The notes under the pieces are model-generated. The model saw only the letters and a program-made list of their open reading frames with translations, searched no databases and had not been told where the DNA came from. From Chiloscyllium plagiosum (taxonomy: Eukaryota): 64,000 nt of DNA. The translations under genes were made by a program, and so were the position numbers. The DNA lies in assembly GCF_004010195.1 (NCBI RefSeq), contig NC_057750.1, positions 10,534,643-10,598,642 on the forward strand, in the 5' to 3' direction. Shown piece after piece: positions 1-13,500 of the stretch (positions are counted from its first letter, which is position 1; each line of letters opens with the position of its first letter).

Positions 1-268
1 TCTTCCTGACCTCTCCGCCCCCACCCCACTCCAGCCTATCACCCTCACCTTGGCCTCCTTCCACCTATCGCATTTCCAAAGCCCCTCCCCCAAGTCCCTC
101 CTCCCTACCTTTTATCTTAGCCTGCTGGACACACTTTCCTCATTCCTGAAGAAGGGCTTATGCCCGAAACGTCGATTCTCCTGTTCCTTGGATGCTGCCT
201 GACCTGCTGCGCTTTTCCAGCAACACATTTTCAGCTCTGATCTCCAGCATCTGCAGTCCTCACTTTTT
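1..268 (+). mobile_element. Penelope-like element 3' end (family A) with minimal hammerhead
   Basis: Pyrimidine-rich tract, hammerhead core, then ggatgctgcctgacctgctgcgcttttccagca...tctccagcatctgcagtcctcacttt; the same terminus recurs at 4.2, 42, 53.3, 58.3 and 62.4 kb. Confidence 0.75.
146..173 (+). ncRNA. Minimal hammerhead ribozyme motif (PLE type)
   Basis: CTGAAGA-A-GGGC-ttat-GCCC-GAAAC-GTC. Confidence 0.75.
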
Positions 269-679
269 ACTATCTAGAGAGCAAGGGTTTCAGCAGAAGA
301 GATACTGAACTAAAGGTGGAGGTGGACAATTTTCTGGAGGTGCAAATGAGTGCCCTGGTGATGGACAGGATGAGGGACCAAGCATTTTGCACTATCTGGT
401 TTACCCTGAGAGAGTGGCCAGGGTGGATTTTAGCAGTTTCCAGCCAGAGACCCTCAACATTTCTCCCCAGTGCATTTTGAATGGAGCCTTCGCCACTGTA
501 AAGCCAGTGGACCCCTTCCAAGGGCAGGAGTGATTGGCGTAAAGTGAAACCTGCCATGGAAGAGAGTGCTGTCGGGTTTGCCCTTTGTCTGTAGGCGGTG
601 GGGTTTACCTTGTGGCAGACAGTAGGTGTTGCAAACAGGAAATGGTTGTGTTGAAGACAGAAATGAGCAATCTGAGAAA

Positions 680-1005
680 GATTTGCATTTACATAGCACT
701 TTTTACGATCGTGGGGGTGCTTGATAGTACCTTTTTTAAAAATGTGGGCACTGTTGTAATGCATAAAACGCGGTAGCCACCGGGCACACAGCAAACTCTC
801 ACAAGCAGCAACACGACGATAATGTTTTGATTTCACGATGTCGATTGTGGATAATTATTGACCAGGGCACTGGGGATGACTCCGCTACTCCTTTCTGAGA
901 TAGTGGCGTGAGCGTTTTTCACATTGCACCTGAGAAGGACCTTGGTTTAATGTCCCATTTGGAAGCTAGTGCAGCACTCCCTCTGTCCTGCGCTGTGCTG
1001 TTTGC
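680..1005 (-). mobile_element. Old DeuSINE (SacSINE1-like) fragment
   Basis: Reverse complement resembles the copy at 21435-21830 (gcagcactccctc, ttgcatttacatagcacttt). Confidence 0.5.
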
Positions 1006-1409
1006 CTTGGTACCCCAAAGGGCAGCACGAGTCGGAAAGGAAGCCTGATGCTAAGATGAAGGTTGCCACAAATGTAAGGTTACAGTATCTGAGGAGAACC
1101 AGTTATCAGTCAGGAACTCCTTCTTCAATTTTAGGTGCTGTCTGATGGTTGTTTGTGAATTTGACATTTTGGTTGCAGAGAAAAGTTTCAGGTGCCCACA
1201 CCATTCAGGATTTTTAATTCAAAGTTTTTATCCACATTTTACACCACTGCCTACATTTTCCAGCTTCCTTGTGTGGGTATGGTTGAAGCCAATTGAAAAC
1301 AGTTTTAAGGTGGACAATTATTGACCAAGGCGCTGGTCCTCAGCACCACCTGACCACGTGTAACTGTAAGTAGGAACTGCCTATTCGACTATGTGAGGCA
1401 TAGATTCCT

Positions 1410-1710
1410 GGCAGAGTGGAAGCAGGCCATTCAACCACCGAACCTCTGAAGAGCATCCCATTCAGACCCACCCCCCTCCCCTATCCCAATAACCTGGGAC
1501 ATTTCAAATGGCTAATCCATCGAGCCTGCGCATCCCTGGACGCTATGGGCAATCTAACAAGGCCAAACCACCCTAACCTGTACATCCTTGGACTGTGGGA
1601 TGGAACCAAAGCACCCGGAGGATACCCACGCAGACACGGGGAGAATGTGTACACTCCACACACACGATTGTCAAGGGTGGAATGGAATCCTGGCACTGAG
1701 CCACCGTACC
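1410..1710 (-). mobile_element. HE1-like tRNA-derived SINE, diverged
   Basis: cctaacctgtacatccttggactgtggga...cccacgcagacacggggagaatgtg. Confidence 0.75.
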
Positions 1711-3943
1711 ATCTCCTTGGTGAGCTGAGTTATCTTTTAACCGCAGATTCAGTTTTTGGCGGGAGTGAGAGTGGAATTTGTTGCGCGAGTGCATTTCCTA
1801 ACTGAAATGGCAAGTACAGCAGGGGGACTCTGCCAGAGAGGATGAGAGGGTTTGCAGGCTATACAGTGGGAGAGGTAAGGAAGCTGTCTCATTCTTCTCC
1901 CTTCTCTTCTCTTGTCACTCAGCAATACAACCACTGCTGTTTCCTCTCTCACTCAGCTTATTTTGAGTAACTGTTCTGTGTAAACAGTTCAGGCTGACAC
2001 GTGACTCTGTGCGGTGTACCTTTCTGTTTCTCTTGTGGCTTATTTACCGGACTTGGTGTCAAGCTGTTAGCTCTTTTAGATGAAACCTGCACAAACATCT
2101 AACCAACCGCTTGCTATTCTATTCTTTCTCAGAATTGCGTGTCTGCCTGTGTGTTTTTTTCCCCCCTTTTTTCGCTTGTTCTGGCTGTTCCACAAGCCAC
2201 CAGCACTCTGCTGGCTCCTCGCCCTGCTTGGCTGCTGCTCATCCTGTCAGCCCAGACAGTCTGTGCGTTGGCAGGCTCTATACCCATGGGAGGCAGAATG
2301 ACTGACCCAAATTGAACCCTCACCTGATATCTGCACATGGTGCGACCTTTACTGCTGGGGCTGAACCCTAGTGCAGCACCTGACTGCTGTCTTTGGCTGT
2401 GATCAGAACACATCAGGATTGGAGCTTGGGACTGTCTGACTTACTGGATAAGCTCATTCTCCCATCTGGAGAGTGTGAACTCTCTCTCTTTCGATTATTA
2501 TTGCACTGATGTGGATGCTACTGGCAAGACCAGTCCTTAATTGCCCTTGAGAAAGTGGTGACTAGCCCCCTTTTGGAACTGCTGCAGTTCGTGTTGTGTA
2601 GGGACACCCACAGTGCTGTCAAGGAGGCAGTTCCTGGGCAGTGACAGTGAAGGGATAGCAGTACAATTTTCAGGATGGCATGTGGCTCAGAGGGAAGTTT
2701 TACATGGGCACGCCGCCACCTGTATCTGCTGCCCTTGTCCTTCCAGATGGTAGAGGTCGCAGGTTTTGGAAGGTACTGTTGACCGAGCGTTGGTGAGTTA
2801 CATATGGTACATGTTGCTTTGGACATGGAGAGAGTGAATGTCAAAGGCGGTGGATGGAGTTCTGATCAAGTGCCTACTTTGTCCGAATGGTGTCGAGCTT
2901 CTTGAGTGTTGTTGGATTGTTGCTGTGGGGAGCTAAACCCCTTCCTGCTAAGAGTGTGTTCAGTGCAATGAGGTACAGCCCCCTCGCTGTCTGTCAACCT
3001 TGAACAGGCCGACTGTAACTAAAGACAGGCTTGAATTTCAGTGACGCTTTTTGTATCGCACGTTATCCATTAAGACATTAGTGTGGCTTCTGTCGTAAAA
3101 GTGAAACAGCATGTAAGCAGAATGATGAATGTGCATAGACTGTCAGGATTTTTCTGTGATGTTGGGTGATTAAATATTGACCAGGAGACTGGGAAGAATC
3201 TCCTCGTTAATTCTTAGAGGGGACAGAGTGGGCCTTGTTTTAGTGTCTCACCTGAAATATTGCACTTCTGAAGTTGCAGTAATCCCTCAGTTTTCCATCA
3301 TGAGCAGGTGCGCGCACATTTTGTGGGTGAAGCATCTTCCATTATGGTGCCAAGCAAACTAGACCATCCGCATGTAGTCTCTGCCAAGGTCAGTTTAGCT
3401 AATCGCAACAGTTCCGTTGCCTGCTGCTTCCCTCACCCCCGCTACTCCCACCTCCATCCCACCAGAATCTTCAGTAAGAAAACAATTGGGTTTGCAGACT
3501 CGAATAGCCATTTGGCATTCACTGATCATAGTCATGCATGGGTGTGTCGTTACTGGAGCTGCTCAAACAACCAGAGTCAATGCCCAAAGTTGGAGAGTGG
3601 CATATTAGTCCCAGGTTTGTAAACAACATTTCTTCTTTGCTCTCTAGGTTTGGCTGCATCAACCAGATCTCCCCAACAGAAAGGGTGGACGAATGCTCCT
3701 AAGCTTGGCCCCGTGGAGGTAGGTGAGCAGCTCTTCTCCTCTCGTTTTTTTTTCAACCAAGAGTTGGCACCCATTGCCTGTGCTGGACCTGGGATATGCC
3801 TCCATGTCCTGCAGGATGTACCCGCTTAGTTTTCAAGAGGTAAAAAGAGCTTTCTTGCCTCACTTTGCACCAGGGAATGGCTGGACCATAGAAAATACTA
3901 CTTGGTCCACAAAGCTGGGGGGAGTTTGACAGGTAATTGAGAA

Positions 3944-4105
3944 GATGTGCAGGTTTGGTGAATTGGCCATGCTAAATTGCCCCTAGTGTTAGGTGAAGGG
4001 GTAAATATAGGGGAATGGATCTGGATGGGTTGCTCTTCGGAGGATCGGTGTGGACTTGTTGAGCCGAAGGGCCTGTTTCCACACTGTAAGTAATCTAATC
4101 TAATC
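3944..4105 (+). mobile_element. HE1-like SINE, 5'-truncated, with (ctaat)n tail
   Basis: gatgtgcagg...ggccatgctaaattgccc...cctgtttccacactgtaagtaatctaatctaatct. Confidence 0.8.
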
Positions 4106-4221
4106 TTAAAGATTTGAAGGTATTATGGAAAACATGCAAAAGCTCCAAACCCAGAATTTGAGCGGTGTTATAGTTTCAGAACCTCAGTAGGGGAACTAAT
4201 GGGAGGTTCGAACGGTTGTGT

Positions 4222-4326
4222 AGAAGGGCTTTTGCCCGAAACGTTGATTGTCCTGCTCCTCGGATGCTGTCTGTCCTGCTGTGCTTTTCCAGCACCACTC
4301 TAATCTTGACTCTGATCTCCAGCATC
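4222..4326 (+). mobile_element. Penelope-like 3' fragment (family A); hammerhead 5'-truncated
   Basis: agaagggcttttgcccgaaacgttg followed by the family A terminus; CTGA is missing. Confidence 0.65.
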
Positions 4327-4334
4327 AGAGTCAC

Positions 4335-4490
4335 AAGGAATTTCTTGATGTCACAAGGAATTAAGGGCTACGGGGAGAATGCGGGTAAGTGGAGTTGAAA
4401 TGCCCATCAGCCATGATTGAATGGCGGAGTGGACTCGATGGGCCGAATGGCCTTACTTCCGCTCTTATGTTTTATGGTCTTATGGTCTTA
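4335..4490 (+). mobile_element. CR1-like LINE 3' end with (ttatggtc)n tail
   Basis: gactcgatgggccgaatggccttacttccgctcttatg...ttatggtcttatggtctta. Confidence 0.7.
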
Positions 4491-5979
4491 TCTGCAGTGC
4501 TCAATTTCACCTGGTTGTGTAGAGGGCCTACCCCAGTGCTCTCCCAACCCTTTTCCTGGTGAGACCCTCGTTTAAACATCTGCAACATCGTGGGATGCCA
4601 GAGTGAGAATTTGGGATGGTCTGAAAGTTGTCTGTTGAGGACTGGGGGGAGTGATGAAAAGACAGGGTTTCTTTGAAGAAAAATGAACATCTACTGAATT
4701 GTGGGATTTGTTTTATAGCAGCAATCAGACCTCCGAAAGCTGTGCATTCCTATCAAAAAAAGAGAAATGCACCCACTTCTAGGACTCTCCGATCTCCGAA
4801 GTCAATCTGACTTCTTGGTAACTGTTTTTAGAAGGTGTGGGTAACCCTTTTTGCCTGAAATATGATGTCAGTGCCTTTTATGTGAGCCTTTAGAATCTCT
4901 CAGGAGAGGAGTCTACAGCCAGCCTGTTGGTGGCACATTAGCAACAAAGGATAGTTCTTTGTTTTGTGAACCTTGCATTGAGAGGGGAGGTAAATGTGCC
5001 AGACAAACCATCTACTGCACTTGCCTTTTTAAGCTTGCATCATCTCCGTGAAGGTGAGAAGCCAGGAGAGAAAACCACCATGTTTAATTTCAGGTGACCA
5101 CTCCAGCTAGAAGCTGGAAAGTTACGAACAGAGATGAAAGATTTGTATTTATACAGGTCCTTTCTCAACCTCAGGACACCCCAAATGCAGCACAGCCATT
5201 GTTGTAAAATCAGAAAATCTAGTCCGCGACTTTCCACACTGCATGGTGTTAGTTGAAGAATGTGTCAGCCCTGCTCTTCCTTCAAAAGTCAAGTGGAAAA
5301 GTTCACCCACAAGAGCACGTGGGGTCTTCGTTCAATGCCTCATTGGCGTCTCTGACTGTCCAGCACTTCCTCAGTACTGCAATTGGTGTATGGGCTTAGA
5401 TTCTGTACTTGGCATCTCTGTAGTGGAATGTGAACTCATGACCTTCTAACTAAGGCGAGGTGGAATCCACGTGTCCAAAACCACTGGTGGCCCAACTTGG
5501 GTTGGAAGAAGCCAAAATACCGTAAAGGAAATCTTCTGAGCTGTTCCACATAGAAGATCACAGATGCGTGAGAACACCATCTACAAGTGTCCTGCAAGCC
5601 ATATGCCATCCTGACTTGGAACTTTATTGGCAGTTCTTTCACTGTTGCTGGGTCAAATTCCTGGAGTTCCCGCTCTAACAGCGCCGCAGATGTAACACCA
5701 CACGGACTGCAGCAGTTCAACACTGCTATCTTCTCGAAGACTGTTAGAGTTGGACATAAATGCTATTGACCTCGCCAGTGATGCCCTATGAAGGAATTTA
5801 AGAAAAAAAGAGAGGACAAGGGAAGGACGTAATTATTTAGGCTGAGATCCTTTGAATCTTTGAGCTGGTAATCTGGTTTACTGTTGGACACTGTCTATGA
5901 GATCCAAGTTCAGCTGTTCTCTGTTTGCCCAGCAATGCTAGTGCACATCTGATTTTAAGCATATTTAATTTCAAAGTCA

Positions 5980-6256
5980 CTTAGCACCAGGGTCCCAGGT
6001 TCGATTCCAGCCTCAGGCGATTGTCTGTGTGGAGTTTGCACATTCTCCCCATGTCTACGTTGGTTTCCTCCGGGTGCTCTGGTTTCCTCCCACAGTCCAA
6101 AGATGTGCAGGTCAGGTGAATTGGCCATGCTAAATTACCCATAGTCTTAGATGCCTTAGTCAGAGAGAAATATGTCTCTGTGGGTTATTATTCAGAGGGT
6201 CGGTGTGGACTGGTTGGGCTGAAAGGCCTGTTTCCACACTGTAGGAAATCTAATCT
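5980..6256 (+). mobile_element. HE1-like SINE
   Basis: B-box ggttcgattcc, V-domain-like core, terminal cctgtttccacactgtag. Confidence 0.8.
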
Positions 6257-9200
6257 GAAAAAAAGTGTCCCTTTAGACCCTTCTGAGTGCCAATAAACAA
6301 AAGATCAACACTTTACGGTGAATTTTTGTGAAAACAGTAGGAACCGTTTCAAATTAAAACATAATTGCTAATGTTGATGATATGCTCCAGTCCCTTTGCC
6401 ACCCACCGCTCACAGAAGCCTCCAGTGGACTGTACCTCTTTGCACTCTCTTGAGCAAGCAGTAATCAAATTAACCAATTGACAGCCCATTAAAGGGGCAG
6501 TTCCCCTGCTCTTTGTTGCTCAACCTCGTTTCTTGGTCTGCTGCTTACTCCTTTCTTGCTGGGTTGTAAGTTTATAGGGAATAAGTTCAATCCAGAATTC
6601 TCTGGATACTGTTGGACTTTCAAAGGCTGGAGATGACCCAGAAACTCTGGGAGGGATAGTGCAGTGTGACCACATCTCGCAGGGATTTGTGACTTTGATT
6701 TGGGTGCTCTTGGTGCTATGGCAGCAGCGGGAACCTACTTAAAGGTGTTCATATGTGAAGATGTCAGCATGATAGGCAGGGAAGGCCGCATCATGTTTGA
6801 GGCTCTTGGGACCAGGTTTCATCCCAATTCACTGATTCTTGGTGCCAACCCCAGGGATTTGTTTGGTAGCATAATCACATGTCTCTTGGACTGCATCACG
6901 GTGGCAGTTAATCTTCCTATGAGGTCTTAGTGACCGTGTTATTCCAATATCCTGAGTGCAAGTTGTGTATCTGAGCAATAGTGTTGGTGTGAGCATTCAC
7001 GCTGTGTTCCCTGCACATGATAACTCTGTGGCAGCAATGACGTGGAGATGCCGGTGTTGGCCGGGGGTAGACAAAATTAAAAATCTCTCGACAACAGGTC
7101 TGTAACCTGGTGTTGTGAGATTTTTAACTGTGACAGCAGTAATTGCAAGTGATACCTGGTATGTGTTTGTCAGTTTCTTAATTGGCTCTCCTGCGCACTT
7201 CCTCCGTATATCTATTAGTAGATTAATCTAGTCTCCTGTGCTTGTTCTCATCACTATTGCCACACTCAGCTACATCAACTCTCTTGGCCCCATTCCACCT
7301 TTCCCATACCTTCTGTCTTCTCTCTTCTGTCGACCCCTCTCTCCCTCTTCTCTCGATCCCTACCTCTTTCCTTTTCTCTCTTTTTTTTCCCCCTCTCCCT
7401 CTTTCCTTTTCTTTGACCCCTCTCTCAATCTCCCCTTTCCCTCGGCCCCTACCCCTGTTTATCTCCTACGCTCAAACAGTCCTCTCAAACGTCCATCTCT
7501 TTGATTGGGGTTTCAGCTATATTCGATGTTCACCGGGTCAAAATCGTGAAACTTCCTAACAGCACAGTCGCTGCAACCCAAGGACTGCAGCGGTTCACCA
7601 CCATGTTCTCCAGGGCAGTTAGGGATAGACAATAAATTCTGGCCCAGCCAGTAACGCCCACATCTCATGAATTGCTTTTACAGAAAGCTGCTACTGCTGT
7701 TTTGTCCATTTCCTTGAATATTGATCTGCAGGAGAGGGGTAAAATACACCTCTGGACTGTCCGTGCTCAGTAGCCTATGATGAATTTACAGCAGCAGTGG
7801 TTGAGCTGTTGCTTTCATGCTGCACCTCCCTCATGATTTGTACAAGGAGTATTGAGGGGCAGAGGAAGCTTTGAAGGGGAAATTATTAAAAAGAGAAGGG
7901 AGTAGGTAAGGGTGAGCTAGTTGGGCCAATATCTGTGTGCCTTGAAATGCCTTAATGTGTTTTAAGGAGGATTTTGCACAGTAACTGACAGCAGAGCAGG
8001 GAAATCCCCTCTGTGTACAGCAGGATCTTTGGTTACGTGACTGGGTCAAACCACAGGGTAAGAAAATGTGAAGTCCCCCTTCAGGGTACGCACCACTGAA
8101 ATTGGCCTGGTTGATAGTAGAGTTTCCATGATTAAATGTTGCAGTGCGACCCCAGCTCATCCACACCCACATGCTGGCACCTTCCTCCTGAGTCCCATGG
8201 CTTTGTTTAAAATGAGGACCATGATGCCAGGGGTGACACTGCTGTTGCTTTTAGGACCGTTGATGTAACTTCCAACCCTCCAGCAGGAAGGAAAGGAGTG
8301 AGTGTTCATCCCCCTTCTCAGTACTGGGGAATGTTGGCCTGCATTTTGCGTTTGAAGTGGGGCTTCAAACCATGACTTTCTGTCTCTGGGGGAATATGCT
8401 GTCCACTGAAGACACTCGATCATCCTGCAACTCCCCCCACCCCGACCTCATCTGCTGGCACAGCTGAGGTAAGGGTCCATCTGCACAATTGCACTGCCGA
8501 GCATGACCTGTGATTCCAGTCCCAACAGGCCATGTAGGCCGAACATGGAAGGAGAGACTGAACGACTATCCTGGCTGCATCGATTTTTCTTTCTGGCAGA
8601 GAGGTAAATATTTGAAAGCAGCAGCAGCAGAGAACAGGACTTGGTCGGCTGTTTGCTGTCCCAAACGTCCTCGTGTTTGACCCAGTGTTTGCTTTGAATG
8701 TCACTTGTTTGTCTGGCCAGAGGTCTGGCTCTGAGCATGCTCAGTGGGAGCCGCCAGCTTGTGCGGCTGCCCTACTGAACCCAGCAGTCTCCCAGGATGA
8801 GGCCGAGAGAGGGCACCGATGCATGACTGCACCTCACTGCGTGTCTGGCTGATGGAGAAAATGCAGGTTTGCAGTCGAGTCTTGCGTATTGCGTGACAGT
8901 GGAATTGTGTTTCAATTCCCACCTTTGTATCTGTAGCCATCTCCCCTCCACCCCACTTTATTATGATGTGGCTGATAATTTTCAGCCAGTCACTCTGATG
9001 CAAATAGCTCATTTGGAGTGCTCAAAACTCTTTATATGTTTTTATTAAAGTGGAAACTTTAATTCTTTATTCCGCAGAGGAGCGCAGCAATCGGACAGCA
9101 TTGGTTAGTGCAATCTAATATACTGTGTAAATAAGAGTGTGACAGAGAGAGATTGAGAGAATAGCATTGCACTATCGTTGTTTGTTTTTATGTAAACCAG

Positions 9201-10132
9201 GAAGTTGAGCCCGAACTTCTCTCTCCTGTACAGCATAGTCAGACACCGAGGCAAGTTGTTTACCAGCAGGATCAGCCCTTACCCTCAGTCACATAAAGGG
9301 GAAGAACACCTTCTGCCCTTCCTCAGCTTCAGAAAGGAGGCTGTAGTCAGTTTCCCAGTCTTCTGCCTCATTCTCTGGGATATGGAGAGCCTATCCCTTC
9401 AGTCTTGCACTAACTCTTCACTTTCTTGTAGTCTATGTTTTCTGCACCACACTTGTTTCCCAGTTCCTCCACATCGTGACCATTTCAGTTCCTGCATTTT
9501 CTGAGTTCCCTTTCTCCTCCCTCACGTGTGATTCTTTCCACCTGCGTTCATGTTAAGGGACCTGTATCCTACTGGTTATCCACTGCTTTAGTCTGTCCCT
9601 CTGTGTTGCACCTGTTTCAAACAGCAACAGCAAGTGAGTCCTGCAGGAAAGTACGCTGTGAACACAACGTGCCAAGGATGTAGGGGATTCAGTTAGGTTA
9701 AGTGAGTTGGCAGAAATCTGACAGATGGAGTATAATGTAGAAAAATGTGAAGTTCTTCACTTTGGCAGGAAGAATGAAAAATCAAAGTCTTGCTTAAACC
9801 GTGAACAACTGAAACAGAATTCCGAACTAAGGGGGATCTAGGTGTTCCAGTAGATGAGCCACTAAAAGTTAATTTGCAGGTACAGCAAGCAATGGGATAC
9901 AATCATTTAAGATGAAAGGGATTGAATTTTACTGTGTCATTTATATGTTTCATGGTGAGATCACAGAGTCATAAAGTCATACAGCACGGAAACAGACCCT
10001 TTGGCTCAGCCAGTCCATGCTGAACATAATCTCAAACTAAACATGTGGGGGGGTGGTGGTCATAGTAGAGGTCGATTCATTCTGTTGCCGTGTAAGAGTA
10101 AACGGCAAAGCAGACTTGAGGGGCTGAATGGC

Positions 10133-10482
10133 CTACTTCTGTTAGTGATTCATATGGCCATGTGTAGATTCCCCCCATAGTTTTGAATGGCCATCCTAAG
10201 TCTATCCGTGCTGTTGGCGTGACTGGGCTGGGAGAAAAGTGAGCTTTGTATTTCCCCTCCCTCTGTGTCTTTATGCTTGTGAAGACTCCAGGACCCCAAC
10301 CCAAGGTGGACATCCCCCCCCCCAGTTTGAACTCAGTCCATCCCCATCTAGTTTTACTCCCCCTTTCTGACTCCCTGACACCATGTAGACTGATAATGGA
10401 ACTGACATCTGAGGCCGGGTTGTAGAAACCATGGTGTGGTTGGGAGAGAGACACACATATGCACCATACATCTTTGCACACT
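10133..10482. repeat. Left arm of a diverged inverted duplication (partner 15521-15911)
   Basis: Reverse complement aligns with 15521-15911 (e.g. aagacacagagggaggggaaatacaaa; ttttctcccagcccagt). Confidence 0.9.
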
Positions 10483-10504
10483 CTCTCTGTTTTGTTGGTA
10501 TTCG

Positions 10505-13500
10505 CACGCTCTCTCTCTTCGCGCGCTCTCTCTCTCTTCGCGCTCTCTCTCTTCGCGCTGGCTCTCTCTCTTCGCGCTGACTCTCTCTCGCCCGCGCTCG
10601 CGCTCTCTCTCTCTCTTCGCGCCCGCGCTCGCGCTCTCTCTCTCTCTTCGCGCCCGCGCTCGCGCTCTCTCTCTCTCTTCGCGCCCGCGCTCGCGCTCTC
10701 TCTCTCTCTTCGCGCCCGCGCTCGCGCTCTCTCTCTCTCTTCGCGCCCGCGCTCGCGCTCTCTCTCTCTCTTCGCGCCCGCGCTCGCGCTCTCTCTCTCT
10801 CTTCGCGCCCGCGCTCGCGCTCTCTCTCTCTCTTCGCGCCCGCGCTCGCGCTCTCTCTCTCTCTTCGCGCCCGCGCTCGCGCTCTCTCTCTCTCTTCGCG
10901 CCCGCGCTCGCGCTCTCTCTCTCTCTTCGCGCCCGCGCTCGCGCTCTCTCTCTCTCTTCGCGCCCGCGCTCGCGCTCTCTCTCTCTCTTCGCGCCCGCGC
11001 TCGCGCTCTCTCTCTCTCTTCGCGCCCGCGCTCGCGCTCTCTCTCTCTCTTCGCGCCCGCGCTCGCGCTCTCTCTCTCTCTTCGCGCCCGCGCTCGCGCT
11101 CTCTCTCTCTCTTCGCGCCCGCGCTCGCGCTCTCTCTCTCTCTTCGCGCCCGCGCTCGCGCTCTCTCTCTCTCTTCGCGCCCGCGCTCGCGCTCTCTCTC
11201 TCTCTTCGCGCCCGCGCTCGCGCTCTCTCTCTCTCTTCGCGCCCGCGCTCGCGCTCTCTCTCTCTCTTCGCGCCCGCGCTCGCGCTCTCTCTCTCTCTTC
11301 GCGCCCGCGCTCGCGCTCTCTCTCTCTCTTCGCGCCCGCGCTCGCGCTCTCTCTCTCTCTTCGCGCCCGCGCTCGCGCTCTCTCTCTCTCTTCGCGCCCG
11401 CGCTCGCGCTCTCTCTCTCTCTTCGCGCCCGCGCTCGCGCTCTCTCTCTCTCTTCGCGCCCGCGCTCGCGCTCTCTCTCTCTCTTCGCGCCCGCGCTCGC
11501 GCTCTCTCTCTCTCTTCGCGCCCGCGCTCGCGCTCTCTCTCTCTCTTCGCGCCCGCGCTCGCGCTCTCTCTCTCTCTTCGCGCCCGCGCTCGCGCTCTCT
11601 CTCTCTCTTCGCGCCCGCGCTCGCGCTCTCTCTCTCTCTTCGCGCCCGCGCTCGCGCTCTCTCTCTCTCTTCGCGCCCGCGCTCGCGCTCTCTCTCTCTC
11701 TTCGCGCCCGCGCTCGCGCTCTCTCTCTCTCTTCGCGCCCGCGCTCGCGCTCTCTCTCTCTCTTCGCGCCCGCGCTCGCGCTCTCTCTCTCTCTTCGCGC
11801 CCGCGCTCGCGCTCTCTCTCTCTCTTCGCGCCCGCGCTCGCGCTCTCTCTCTCTCTTCGCGCCCGCGCTCGCGCTCTCTCTCTCTCTTCGCGCCCGCGCT
11901 CGCGCTCTCTCTCTCTCTTCGCGCCCGCGCTCGCGCTCTCTCTCTCTCTTCGCGCCCGCGCTCGCGCTCTCTCTCTCTCTTCGCGCCCGCGCTCGCGCTC
12001 TCTCTCTCTCTTCGCGCCCGCGCTCGCGCTCTCTCTCTCTCTTCGCGCCCGCGCTCGCGCTCTCTCTCTCTCTTCGCGCCCGCGCTCGCGCTCTCTCTCT
12101 CTCTTCGCGCCCGCGCTCGCGCTCTCTCTCTCTCTTCGCGCCCGCGCTCGCGCTCTCTCTCTCTCTTCGCGCCCGCGCTCGCGCTCTCTCTCTCTCTTCG
12201 CGCCCGCGCTCGCGCTCTCTCTCTCTCTTCGCGCCCGCGCTCGCGCTCTCTCTCTCTCTTCGCGCCCGCGCTCGCGCTCTCTCTCTCTCTTCGCGCCCGC
12301 GCTCGCGCTCTCTCTCTCTCTTCGCGCCCGCGCTCGCGCTCTCTCTCTCTCTTCGCGCCCGCGCTCGCGCTCTCTCTCTCTCTTCGCGCCCGCGCTCGCG
12401 CTCTCTCTCTCTCTTCGCGCCCGCGCTCGCGCTCTCTCTCTCTCTTCGCGCCCGCGCTCGCGCTCTCTCTCTCTCTTCGCGCCCGCGCTCGCGCTCTCTC
12501 TCTCTCTTCGCGCCCGCGCTCGCGCTCTCTCTCTCTCTTCGCGCCCGCGCTCGCGCTCTCTCTCTCTCTTCGCGCCCGCGCTCGCGCTCTCTCTCTCTCT
12601 TCGCGCCCGCGCTCGCGCTCTCTCTCTCTCTTCGCGCCCGCGCTCGCGCTCTCTCTCTCTCTTCGCGCCCGCGCTCGCGCTCTCTCTCTCTCTTCGCGCC
12701 CGCGCTCGCGCTCTCTCTCTCTCTTCGCGCCCGCGCTCGCGCTCTCTCTCTCTCTTCGCGCCCGCGCTCGCGCTCTCTCTCTCTCTTCGCGCCCGCGCTC
12801 GCGCTCTCTCTCTCTCTTCGCGCCCGCGCTCGCGCTCTCTCTCTCTCTTCGCGCCCGCGCTCGCGCTCTCTCTCTCTCTTCGCGCCCGCGCTCGCGCTCT
12901 CTCTCTCTCTTCGCGCCCGCGCTCGCGCTCTCTCTCTCTCTTCGCGCCCGCGCTCGCGCTCTCTCTCTCTCTTCGCGCCCGCGCTCGCGCTCTCTCTCTC
13001 TCTTCGCGCCCGCGCTCGCGCTCTCTCTCTCTCTTCGCGCCCGCGCTCGCGCTCTCTCTCTCTCTTCGCGCCCGCGCTCGCGCTCTCTCTCTCTCTTCGC
13101 GCCCGCGCTCGCGCTCTCTCTCTCTCTTCGCGCCCGCGCTCGCGCTCTCTCTCTCTCTTCGCGCCCGCGCTCGCGCTCTCTCTCTCTCTTCGCGCCCGCG
13201 CTCGCGCTCTCTCTCTCTCTTCGCGCCCGCGCTCGCGCTCTCTCTCTCTCTTCGCGCCCGCGCTCGCGCTCTCTCTCTCTCTTCGCGCCCGCGCTCGCGC
13301 TCTCTCTCTCTCTTCGCGCCCGCGCTCGCGCTCTCTCTCTCTCTTCGCGCCCGCGCTCGCGCTCTCTCTCTCTCTTCGCGCCCGCGCTCGCGCTCTCTCT
13401 CTCTCTTCGCGCCCGCGCTCGCGCTCTCTCTCTCTCTTCGCGCCCGCGCTCGCGCTCTCTCTCTCTCTTCGCGCCCGCGCTCGCGCTCTCTCTCTCTCTT

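Noticed and set aside
7300..7500. Pyrimidine-rich tract with Pro/Ser/Phe-rich ORFs
   Set aside because: Low-complexity sequence with no coding evidence
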